64,000 bases of DNA, from positions 8,184,001-8,248,000 of the forward strand of contig CM120643.1 of NCBI GenBank assembly GCA_051362555.1, in the 5' to 3' direction. This DNA comes from Lingula anatina (taxonomy: Eukaryota > Animalia > Brachiopoda). Position 1 is the first letter of the stretch. Each line of letters opens with the position of its first letter. The position numbers and the translations under genes were made by a program. The notes under the pieces were generated by a model. It saw only the letters and a list, made by a program, of their open reading frames with translations. It was not told the origin of the DNA and did not search any database. Shown here one piece after another: positions 11,057 to 41,921 of the stretch.

Positions 11057-14000
11057 GGTATCAGAATTAATTATATTAAACTTAATTCAAGAAGACTTTT
11101 CATTTACTTGGAATCTAAAAAATAAATGTACACAAGATCATCATCAAGAATAAATTCTTGAATTATTTGTCTCAAACATGTTCTTTTTTAAAATTAAACC
11201 TGAGCAATATGGTATTATACCTGTAGTGCATACAATCAAAAACTGCCACAAGTTAAAGTACTCTGACATCAGATTGAACTTACGATATGTGAGAAATTCA
11301 GTACTGTGATTTTAATTATATCACCCTACCTGACAACATGTTAAATGTCACTGTACTTTTCTTGGGTACATTTCTTTGACTTACCATCTAAGACAGCTAC
11401 AAAATGCTCCAGCTCATTGACATAGCTCTGGGAATATCTGTCCATGAAAAATGAGCTCAGTTTGTCCAAGTGCGTGCCATCAGCTAGCATCGTGACTGTC
11501 TGCAATTGACGAGGGTTCTCTGAAGCAATCAGACCTTTTTCACCAAAGATCTACCAGAATAAATAAATAAATAAATTGATAAATAAGCAATGAATTAAAC
11601 AAATAGTGTAAAGTCCTAAGGGGACTATGAAAAATAGTGCCCAGTGAGAGGAAATGGGACCCGGCGTGAGGCAAGCAATTCTACAAGAGATTTAATAAAA
11701 ATAAATATTGCATAAAAAAAACAGTGTATAATTATCAAACTAAAACATTTCTGTGTAGGCAAATTGAAAATAATTCCAAGAAGCTTCTCTGAAATTAAAA
11801 AGAAATTATTTCAATACTGATGGTTTTATAGCAATGGCTGGTTCATAATAATTGCATTGCTTACCAAAGTTTACGCTACCTTCATGTGTAAAGAATTTAA
11901 GGCATACACTTAGAAAATTTTCACATCATACAATTCATGATTCCTACCATTTAGCTGACCCAAAAATAAGGCCATCGGCAGATTTTTAAAATGCATTCTA
12001 CCAGTCTGACACGTACCATGTCATGCCCACCTTCCCAACCCCATTCAAATAATTTAAAATATGTCAAAACTGCTTTAATATTCAGGGGCAGATTTAGTCC
12101 GTCTTCTGGGTCTTCCAGAAGACGGTCAGATTTTCAAGTTTATATTGACTGGTATCAAATTTTTCTGTTGGAAGACGGTCAAAAATGGAGGATAGATCAA
12201 CAGTGATAATTTGGAAGACTGTCAGAATATATATCTGAATCCGCCCCTGATATTCCCTACAACCTCTGACTGAATGATTAAAAAAGAGCAATTAGCATTC
12301 AGTTGGTAATGGTGATAGCATATTATATCCATGTATCAATCATTATCAAAATAGCAGGAATTAAACTTTTTTGCTCCCGAAAAGTTGGATATCCACAGAT
12401 AGTCGGAAAAATTCTCATTTCTGTTGTAATAAGCACCAACACCACCAAAGTCAGAAATCTGCTGATAGTCAGAAAAATTTCATCCCTGAAACATAAGTTT
12501 TAATGTCTTAATAAATAAATGAATTACCTCTATTCTCTGATCAAACCCATAGGGAGAATTCCTACTCATGTCAATAATTCCCTTCGCACCACTCGGGAAG
12601 TTCAGAACAATCACCAGAGTGTCCACGTCACCCATGGCCACGTAGTCCGAGGTGTGAGCATGCCCCACGGCGTACACGGACATGGGGCGTTCTTTCATTA
12701 ACCAGCACACTACATCAATGTCATGAACGGCAGAGTCATTGGGGAACCCTCCTAAGAGTAAAATTGGCAGAGATAATCAGAGCTAGAATAAAGTGTGTGT
12801 GTGTGTCTGTGTGTGTGCGTGTGCTTGCATGAGTGTGTGTGCATGTGTGCAAGTGCCTTCAAGTAGGGAGGGAGGAGAGAAGTTGAGGTTTTAGGGGTTA
12901 AAAGAAAGAAGTTGCATCATCTTTTCTCATTTAATGAACATAATTTTTATCCACGACTTAAATGGAAGATTTAGTAACATCTTTATTTTTTATGTGTTTT
13001 AATAATTTTTTTCTTTTCTTTTGCTAGCCTTTTCTATTATTTTTTCACTGTAAAGTCTACTGAACAAATCTGGATTTTAGACTCAAAAATAAACATTATT
13101 ATTATAATTAAAAACAATTTATATTTTATAAACATTTACATGTCCTTAACAGTTAAAGTATTTGGATTGCACTTTGAAGTCTCCGGTTTTACCCACATAC
13201 CATAGTTTTTGTAATATTCAGGAGTGGCAGTTTTCCCTGCCGGGTCCCTGCTACACATCTTAATAACATGTATCTTTCCAACTCTGCCATCCTGAGCATA
13301 ATCATGGATCTTTCTTATTTGTTGGTCAAACCGCCTAGAAAAGGTTAAAAAAAAACAACAAAAAGATTAAGATATAAATTGAAATCATTTTCCACATTTG
13401 GAATTGTATACATATTCATCTGGAAGACCTCAGCATATAGACGGGGGGAGTTTGAGGTAAAAAAAAGAGTTATGATGAAGCACAAACCTGGAAAAAACGA
13501 ATGATTAAGCGTATTATGTGGGCCAAATATTCAGCCGCACAAGCTGTTCGCTCCCCATGGAAGCAAGATCAATATTCATGAACACATTCATACTGACCAG
13601 GCATATATAGTAGTGAAAAAAAGCAGCTCAGGTCTTGCTCAAGAATGTAAGACTTTAAAGGCTACATTCAGAACAGTGAACTAACTAGTCTGCTGATCAA
13701 ATATGGCGACCCACTTAAAAGCTTGCTGTCTAATCCAGTAATAAACACTGACTAGATTCCCTGCGGAGATTAAGCAACAAGTGTGTCAGCCATAATGTGA
13801 AAGCTGCCAAAGAATTCAACTTTAAAAAACATGGCTGTTTGTATGTGAGTAGCATTTTATCAAAGGCAATTTATCAAAGTTTTTTAAAAATTTTGCTTCA
13901 GACATAAATATTACCTGTTAAACCCGCAAAAAAGTGGAACCTTCTGTTTCTGAGCTTCAGTATATACCCGCATCACACCTTCCAGAGTTGGTGAAACAGG

Positions 14001-16374
14001 CTTTTCACAAAAAACGGCCTTACCTGGAAGCACAAAACATATTAAATACATAATAAATATTTGCATCTTAAACAGGACAAAATATGCTTTATAATATTGC
14101 CTGAGAAGCTAGACATTCATGTCCACAAGTTCTTTTGGAGAATCTGTGCAGCACATATACAAAGCATGAACTGGACAAGGAAGCTAGGGTACTTAAAATG
14201 TGCACAAATGATTTCATGCATCTCACCTGGATATTAAGAGAATGTATATTGTGTAACATTATATAAGTATATATATTTTTTTTTCTCTTTCATTTACTTA
14301 CTATCCTTACTATCTTTCCATATGTATAATGTATAGTAGCTAGAGAGCCTCTAAATGTAAAAACATTTCAGTGCTCAATAAATTATTATTTTATTTATTT
14401 TTTATAAAATAAATTGGCCTGATGAGGACATTTGTATTCCGCCCAGTCAAGCTGAAAATATGTCAATCTATACCAGTCCAAGTGTTAATGCACTTGCTGA
14501 GCACTTACCAGCCTTGACTGCTTTAAGAATGATGTCCACATGGGTGAAAGATGGGGTGCACACAACTATTCCATGGACTCTGAAAAGGTAAAACACACAT
14601 GGTACTTGAAGGCCAAAATGAGAGAAGAGTATAAGGATCATTTTGTCATGCGTAAATCAAATGACATTTTTTCATATCAAGTATATTGTTTCATTTATAA
14701 AAATGTATCAGACAGGTTAAATCCAACTGGCAGCCACTCATTCATACCTATATGTACCACCTGCAAAAGGAACAAACAGCAGTTGTCCCACGAGGACAGA
14801 ATGAACACATGTCAACTAGCTGTCTTTTTTCTACAATATATAGGTCTATAATTCATATAAATCAGTTGCACTTTTGTTTTACATTAAAAAAAGTCTATAT
14901 CCAGAAACTGTCGGTCATTCAAAACAAAGTAAACCACCTGGTCGTATCTGTCTCAAACGAATAGGGTGACACAAATCCATTCAGTCCGGCAAATTTTTCA
15001 TTACTGCCGGTCCAAATGTCCGGCCATTCTGAAAAGTTATCAGCATGTCTGTATATCTCTTAAGATTTATAAGCTACAAAAATGACATAAATGTCATCTA
15101 GCGTTCATAACTTCACTTTGATGTGTTGTAACTTCTAGTGGCATTATTCCCAAGATGCTTTTCTCTTACAATAAAAAAATGCATGATCTTTGTTTGAATT
15201 GTTTCACAAAGTTTACAGAAGTCCAGCAATAGATTTTGCTGAACAATAAACATTGTCAAAAGTTTTACGAAAACCAATGAAAAAATATGCAACAGACTGA
15301 TTACCATTTATACACAGAGCTATGGGGAGCTTTGTTTTAACTGAAGTGTTTTCTGATTTCCTGTACATATTTTGTTAGCAGACATTAAGAGTACATGTAG
15401 CAATTAATAACCCCTAGCAGTAATGGGCAGCAGCTGCCATTGAGTCAGGTGAGTTTGTAGTAAAGATTCTTTGAGATTTATTGCATGTTGGAGTAATATT
15501 ATTCCTCATAACCAAAAGGAAAATACTGTTTGGCTGTCTAGTAAAATATTCTATGCATTGGTTCATATATGAATGATGCTGTACGTTTGAAACAATGGTC
15601 AGACAGGCATATTGCAAAATTTTCAAGACTAGTGGGTTTGCATTGAGCATCAAAATGTCCCCACTGTAGCTTCTTTAATGAAAGAGGCAAAACCACAAAG
15701 TACACAAAGTACCAAAAATAATAATAATAATAATAAAATAAATAATAATATAATAATTAAAATAATAATAATAAAGTTGCAGCAATTAATTGATATATAT
15801 TCAACATAAAGCTTGGGGCTTCCTTTTATCCAGAGACATGCCAGCATAACACGCCTTGGCACACGGCACTCAGAGAGCACAACCTCTGCCAAGACAAATA
15901 TTTAAGTAATAATTCACCATTAGTTAATTAATTCATCATCACCATTCTTCCTAAGCCCAACTGCAACCTATCCTGAAAATTTAATTAAATAATTAATTAA
16001 TCAATTAAAGGATCACTCCCAAAGTCTTAAGATTTTTTCCTTCGCCCATTTTTGATCTATCTTGGAAATTTCATTAAAATCTGTTCTTGATTTTAATTAA
16101 ATTTAATTAATTGATGGATCATCACCAAAATCTATTAATGTTTTCCTTGGCTTATTTAAGACCTATTCTGTAAAAATTAATTAATTAATTAATCAATAGT
16201 TTATCATCAAAATCTCATTATTTCCTCCTTGGCCCAGTTTTGACCTAACCTGAAATTTTAATTAATTCCTTAATTAATCAAAGGATTAGCAAGAAAGTCT
16301 AATATATTTTTAGGACCTTTTGTGACCTTTCCTATAAATTTCATCAAAATCCATCCATTCCCTTTTGCGTCATG

Positions 16375-16409
<35 letters not shown>

Positions 16410-16972
16410 AAAAAGAAAAAAAAAACATAACCTCTTTGACTGCATTCCCATAACCTTATTGTACTAGCAGGCTCGAATTATCTCAGTGGGGATTCTCGCT
16501 AAGATGCTGTTAAAATGTAATCAGCTTCATTGTCTGACACACACCCTCGCAAATAAGCAACATGAACAACATCATGGACCACAAAGTTTTCCTGACTTTA
16601 CCTAAGTAATTTAAGTTACGAGGAGGCATGCCAGACATTTAAGCCACTTAAACTGAAACCAATTTACCCAGAATCCCCGAGGAGTTGGATTGATCCAGCT
16701 AGTACGACAGGGTTATATGGGAGCGGTCCCTTAGATGGAGATAATTAATTAATCTACCGTTCATCAGCAAACACTTGAGCATCTTCTGCTGGTGTTATTA
16801 TCTTAGTAGAGTTGCACTGCTGGAATTTTATCAGGATGTCCTTAGCCCTCTGAATGTCTTGCTCTATGACCCACAATAAGGACAATCCTGGATGACTCAA
16901 CATATTCTTGAAATGTTCGACACCAATACGCCCCAGGCCAAACAGGGCCATGCCATGGCGGCCTTGATCCAT
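10676..16972 (-). CDS. Gfo/Idh/MocA-family NAD(P)-dependent oxidoreductase, myo-inositol 2-dehydrogenase (IolG)-like; 7 coding exons, 352 aa
   Basis: Exons (minus): 16758-16972, 14509-14579, 13915-14023, 13201-13334, 12528-12751, 11385-11550, 10676-10815. All junctions are GT-AG and phase-consistent (1059 nt). Motifs: GLGRIG Rossmann motif, VCTP..H, GKAVFCEKP, GFNRRFD, SRDP, D..VHDID, YGFDQRIEIFG. Confidence 0.92.
12083..12249. mobile_element. MITE with CAGGGGC(A/G)GAT TIRs, copy 2 (intronic)
   Basis: Homologous to 4809-4976; 5-bp direct flanks ATATT. Confidence 0.8.
15866..16440 (-). mobile_element. HINE-like element family C with degenerate internal tandem repeats
   Basis: Terminal GCACTCAGAGAGCACAACCTCTGCCAAG matches the reverse complement of 52386-52416. 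Internal AATTAATTAA/ATCACCAAAATCT repeats, with (CA)n and ATAACCTC near the other end. Confidence 0.5.
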
Positions 16973-17594
16973 GAGTCACTGTTAATGATAAAAAAATAAC
17001 TGATAACCTAATAATTTAGTTATCTATTTATGCTGCAGACATTGCCATTTAACTTTATCTTTTAAGTCGATGACAATGAAGTAAAATCAATGAAATCAAA
17101 AATAAAATATATGCATTTCTTTTCCTTTTGCACACTTATCAGCTTTATGTGTAACAGGGAAGGAAAAGCAGAAAAAGAAAGGGAGAGAGGTGTATATGAA
17201 GTTTAATAAGTAAAAACATGCTTGATACCCTCATTAATTTTTATAATAAAAAGTAGAAATATAATCTTTTTGGATTTAATTTTTCTATTTTTAGGCAACA
17301 AAAGATCGCAAAAAAACACATTTCACAAAACTATCAATTTTACCTGGTCTTATATTTCCATCAAAACAGTTCTAAAGCAATTGAGTAAGTGCAATATAAA
17401 GCATACCAGTAGATCTATATACAGATAGTATACCTCCTTGATTTGAAAATGTAGACAATATCATTTATGTAAGCGATCGATCCATAGTGAGTGAAATGCA
17501 TATAGATCTTTAAAACTAGATCTCACGGTGGTGGTGTTGATATAAAAAAATTATTTATAATTATAAAAATATTAAAACAAAGTTAGTAAGTGCC

Positions 17595-17845
17595 ACTTAC
17601 GTGCATTTATACCCACCTATCGTCAAGTAGCATTCAGACCGAACAAAAAAAGTTTTGAACTCGCAGTCAACCTCTAACATGCACGTGCGAATGAGACCTC
17701 CACACTCCTTACAGTGCTATGGCTGTGGAAAGATAAACACGCCGACCCAACAGCAACTGCAAGATATATAACGTTGTGCTTCTTTTAGACTACAAAATAT
17801 ACCACGTGACGTAAGGTGTTCAGATAAAGTATCACGTGCTCGGAC
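17595..17845 (-). promoter_or_regulatory. Probable 5'UTR exon donor and promoter of the Gfo/Idh/MocA gene
   Basis: Minus-strand donor GTAAGT at ~17595-17600. An acceptor lies 6 nt upstream of the ATG (~16979). E-box/CRE composite CCACGTGACGTAA (~17802-17814) and TCACGTG (~17832). Confidence 0.4.
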
Positions 17846-18409
17846 CGTCCTAAGAATATTGAATATGTTGCAGAATTCGTCGTGACTTTTGGGAATTTTA
17901 ATAGCGTAACACACCCACGTACGGTCAATAAGAATGAACATTTGAAGTTGACGATAGTAAAAAAATAATAATTCTTAAAACGTGTCTAATTGTACATTTC
18001 CAAATAGTATTTGAACCACAGATTCCGATTCTAAATGATTCAGCATACAATCACAACGATGAGACTGAGATATTTGATTGTGAATAGGGCATGGTAATTT
18101 TCCCATTTCTGCACACGTAATGAACGTTACGTCATGGTATATGAACAAAAAAAACTCAAAGCGAGACAAATTAACAATCCAGCAACTTGAAAATGTACAA
18201 GATGAAATAACATAAGCATAATAAGTTTGATGTGGGGCAATTTGCAGTTGAATGTTGATAAAAGGTACCCAGAATATCACTTTGTAGACAACCCAAAGAA
18301 ATGTGATTTTTATTTTCATCTTCAAATAGGGAGGTGATCTCGTAACAATAGATTTCTAGTTGTCACGCAACATTTTTTATTAAGTTTTATGTTGTATTTC
18401 CAATGCACA

Positions 18410-19040
18410 GTGCCTCTCTAATACAATTTTAAAACTTAGGCATGAGAAGTAAAAGCTACAGAAACTAACCCCGACGTAAGTTACGCCGTATGAATAGTAA
18501 CGCCCATTTCATGACGCCATTACATTGTAAGATGAAAGAGTAAAAAGATTGACAACTGTCATGTGTCTGCCTCTCATTCCGACCAAACTGACACAAAAAT
18601 CTGTGTTTAAATACCAATTACTGACTATATACATTGCTTCAACAATAAAGACACTTAATATTTTTCCCTTTATCACCCACTTTTTAATAATACATGTCAA
18701 AGTATGTAGTTACAACAAATTGTTATGGCAATTCAAATCATATACAAACTAAACAAAAAGATGCTTGAGCAGTGTAATTCCGATGTATAATGCCCTTCTA
18801 ATACAATGTCAAACCTAAGGCATAAGAAGTAAAAGCTGTAGCAACTAGCTACGGCGTCAAATGATTACACTATGCTATGAATAGTAACGCTCATTACACG
18901 ACACTTTGTAAAAATCCAAGAATGAAAGGATTTACAACTGTCATGTGTCTGCCTCTCAATCCGACCAAACTGACACCAATTACTAACTATATATATATAT
19001 ATATATTGCGTAAACAACAGAGACACCAATATTTTTGTTT
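18410..19040. repeat. Diverged direct duplication (~270-bp unit, offset ~380)
   Basis: CTAATACAAT...AGAAGTAAAAGCT...TATGAATAGTAACG...ACAACTGTCATGTGTCTGCCTCTCA.TCCGACCAAACTGACAC is present at ~18418 and ~18798. Confidence 0.8.
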
Positions 19041-19804
19041 TTAACCCCGTTTAATTACAAATTTAAAAATACGCTCTTTCATGAAATATTTTTCCCCCAA
19101 GCTCTGCCTTTTTTCTCTCCCGGTACCGTTTTTGAATGTCTGCTCTGCTTAGTGGTATATTCTGCTTAAAAGAAACGGAATTTACTGGTATTATTATCTC
19201 ATAAAAATATTTTTTAGTGGCCCCTTAGATTAGAAACTTCATTAAAACCTACTGTTTAATGTACAAAATTATGGAAAATTAATGGAAATGTACCGTCAAA
19301 TGTAATGTACGTTACTGCATGTACATTAATATACAATGTTACACTTTTTACACAAATTGTATACATATTGATAATCGAGCTACACACGATATGTTTTCAA
19401 TGTTGTCAGCTACAGAACCAGCTATTTACGATTCTAAGATTGTTCACTTAATAGAAAATGATTCCCATGAAAATACTCCAGATAGAGTAAGCCTATTTAC
19501 CAATCAAATCATTTCAAAGTTCTCGCACAGGAAACCAAGAAAACCACATGCAGAGCTATTTTGGTATTTTGATATTTCGAGTTCGAAATTTACGGTAACG
19601 TACATTACGGTAACGTACATTACTTCAGGCCACAATTTTCAAAATGAAAAAAATACTGAAAGTCTCAGCTCTATCAGAGCTTTTGCGTTGGGACGTATAC
19701 CATATTATTTGATAACTGCATAAAAAGTTTTTTTATGTGAACAGTGTTTTACTGGGAATTATTACACTGCTTTTCTTTTAAAATTAGATAGCATATCGAT
19801 CGTA

Positions 19805-19950
19805 CAGAGGATCAGATCGGCCCATGTCATTCCAGATGTCTTCATTTCAGTGTCTGTGCTCCTTCGCAAAGTCTGCCTGGGTCTTCCAACTTTCCGCTTT
19901 CCCTGGGGGTTCCAGTCTAGTGACTGGCGAGTTACGTTTGATGTTGGTTT
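19805..19950 (-). mobile_element. RTE-clade LINE 3' ORF fragment
   Basis: Translates as PTSNVTRQSLDWNPQGKRKVGRPRQTLRRS...GMTWADL, the characteristic RTE C-terminal W-x-P-x-G-K-R-x-x-G-R-P motif. Confidence 0.75.
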
Positions 19951-19961
19951 GCACACACTCA

Positions 19962-20001
<40 letters not shown>

Positions 20002-20009
20002 AGCATTTA

Positions 20010-20495
20010 CAGGGCCGTAGCCTGAGCAAAATGCCAGGGGGGCAGTAAGCGGACACGAGGGGGCGAAGCCCCCCGAGGGGGGAGGGTGTGGGAGGGGCTG
20101 TCCCCCTCCCATGGTGTGGAAAATTTTTAAAAACTGTATGTATAATACTGCATTTGGTGCATTTTAACTGTTATTTATTGCTCAATCAGAAGTCAGAAAT
20201 TGTGGGTTCATTTTGCCATAAGTACAGCCTGGGGGATAGCTCCCTAAGGGAGGGTGAGTTTTTTGGCATGAACTGAGTTGGCTAAAAACAGTACACCTTT
20301 GTAAACAGATTGTTGAATGATTGTCTAGTGGCCATGAGTGCATTTTCTCACAGAATTGATACCAAATTTGCAATTATTTTTTAAACCTTTGCGATTATTA
20401 TTATTATTTTTTTTTTTTTTGCACCTCAAATCCCGGGGGGGGGGGGGGGGGGGGCAGCTGCCCACCCCCCTGCCCCCCCGGAGGCTACGGCCCTG
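20010..20495. mobile_element. MITE with CAGGGCCGTAGCC TIRs and 5-bp target duplication
   Basis: ATTTA|CAGGGCCGTAGCCT...GGCTACGGCCCTG|ATTTA; G/C-run-rich subterminal regions. Confidence 0.8.
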
Positions 20496-21586
20496 ATTTA
20501 AATGAATCATATGATTCGTTTGAAACTGAGTGATGTTACAAAACATAGAATCCGAGTAACGCTTCGAAGAATTATGATACGCGAAGAGATTTAATTTATT
20601 CTCGAGTATTGGTGCAAATATCCCGAAAAGAATGCTCTAAGTTTGTGCTATTTACAGAATTTATAATGTTTTAAGTAGACAAATCTAAAAACGGAACTGA
20701 ACTTGGGACCGGGCCTGTTCATTCTCTTTTGATACAGAAGTCATATAATGGGTTCAGAATATTCGACATCTATCGAAATTATTTTCATTGTTTAAATTCG
20801 TTTTGAACTACATCTTGCCAAGAAGTTTTGTTGTTGTTGTTGTTGTTGTGTCTTGTTTCGAGTCTTTTTTTTATTTTTAAGTGGCATGTGTACATGTAAC
20901 TCATGATCATTCGGATGTAGCTATATCTGTACGTAACGTAGATAACGTCGCTACACCTTTTTTTTTTTTTTTTTTTTTTTTTATTCACGAAAATTAATAC
21001 AAGACATGTACAACACAATAAGAGACAAATACACCTTCCACACACCATTCACACACTACAAACGAAGTTCTTACAAATGTTGATTAAAATTACATGTAGA
21101 ATTTTTTTTTTATACGTCGCTACACCTTTTTTCGATTTCAAAGTGGCAAGAAAGATCGTTTTTGTTGTAGGCCTCTACTGGTATTATAGTAGATTAAGCA
21201 TGTTAGAAATGGTAATTTTAGTGAAATAAGCTTGTACGTGTAGTTTATTGTTGATTCCGGTAACTGGTAAATTTACAGCAAGAAAAAAAAATCAGTCATT
21301 TCCTTTCGCTGGCGTTCTACTGCCATGACATACAACTTGTCGAGTCACCAACACGAACCTTATTATATTGATGAGCCCTTCTTGACTGACCTTGACATTA
21401 AAAAGCAAGACCAATCCGCGGATGGATCTCGTTCTCGATATATTAGGTTTACGTAAAAATAGAGTGTGACGGAGGCTGAAACGAAGGCATACATAAGACG
21501 ATGGAGTAACTTGTACGGAATTTATCTACTAGAAAATTATGAGCTTTCGTCTAAAGAGTGGTGAATGGTTTGCATTCAGAAACACA

Positions 21587-40484
<18,898 letters not shown>

Positions 40485-41921
40485 TTGGGGTTGCCGAGAT
40501 GACTTTCAGAAGCTAACTGAATTCTTCATCCTGTGGCAAAAATTATGAAAAGACCTGAGGAGTCATCTGGTACAATTTCACCTTCAGACTTTTTAAAAGT
40601 TGGTTAAAAATTTTGTATGCTGAGACAGAATTATAAACAATGAATTCAGCAGTTAATTGGGGAGGGGCAGGAAACAGTTTATAATTGAAATGAGGAGAGC
40701 ATAAATGTGTATTAAGTAAGAGACATAAATGTACAATACCAAGCAGCTGCAAGTTGTGTTGAATGCAAATTAGTTTTAATAAAAACAAAAAAAGCTAAAT
40801 TTGGTATTTTCTATTGCTTTTTATTCCCCAAGTATCAGTTTTTTCATATTTGGCCATAATTTGGGACTTCCTGCAGTTATGTGCTATACATGAATAAATC
40901 TCTGACATTCCAAATCCGGGAAATATGGGAAAAAATTAATATACAGTTATTAAGGCACTAAAATTTTTGATATGGCACAAACAAAAATATTTAGTACACA
41001 GTCTGCGAAATCTGGTTGCACATGGAATTATATACATGTACCAGTGACACTGAGAAATGGAATGTCTTGAGTGTATATGCATATTAACAGTCAATATAAT
41101 ATCTTATCAAAATATGATTAATACACTAAGTATTATAATATATGATGTTAAGTTCCCCACCCTGAGAAGAAAAAAGACATGCCTCTTTACAAAATACATT
41201 TAAAAAGTATGTACCACTCAGTGGAAAAAATAGCAGTAAACTGTAAAACTGCACCTTCTTCAAAAATGTATAAATGTTTGTTCTGCAAATAATGTATAAT
41301 CAGCTGTTAAAAGAAAATGGTATATAGACCTTCAGATGCATATAAAACTGAACAAATTTGTTCATAAAGAACAATGAATTACTACATTCATGTTGGTAAA
41401 TGTTCTCCATGCCTCCAGTTTCTCACACTTAACATTCATGTCCAGCATGTTTGTCTGAAAAACCAAGTTTCAACATGAATATGTTTACCGTTACATCAAT
41501 TTCCTATTTCATTAAAAAAATTGAAAATTTTGACAATATGCACTCATGCCAAAATAAAAAAGTTTTCATTTTTGACTTTCGGCAAAACTGACCTATGCTG
41601 CCTTTGGACTTCAAGGCAAACTGCACCTCATAATTTATATTTTAAGCTTTTCATTGCAGAAATGAAAAAAAATTAACCATTTTTCCCCCTTAAAATTGAA
41701 CTGGAAAAACCTATAGCTCAATCTTTATTTACTCAAAGAATTTTTGTCAGGTATGCCTTGGCATTTATGAGAAAAATGGCAAAATTTCAGAAAAAAAATC
41801 CATTTCTTGGATATATGAGCATCTACATTGCCAAAACCACTTCAAATAGTAAAAAACAATTGCTCCAGCTTTTCTTCTTTTAACATGAAAGTTGCCCTCC
41901 TTAATTGGTGCCAACAAAAAA

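Noticed and set aside
19319-19723. 134-aa plus-strand ORF
   Set aside because: AT-rich with no recognisable motif or splice context; likely chance or TE-derived.
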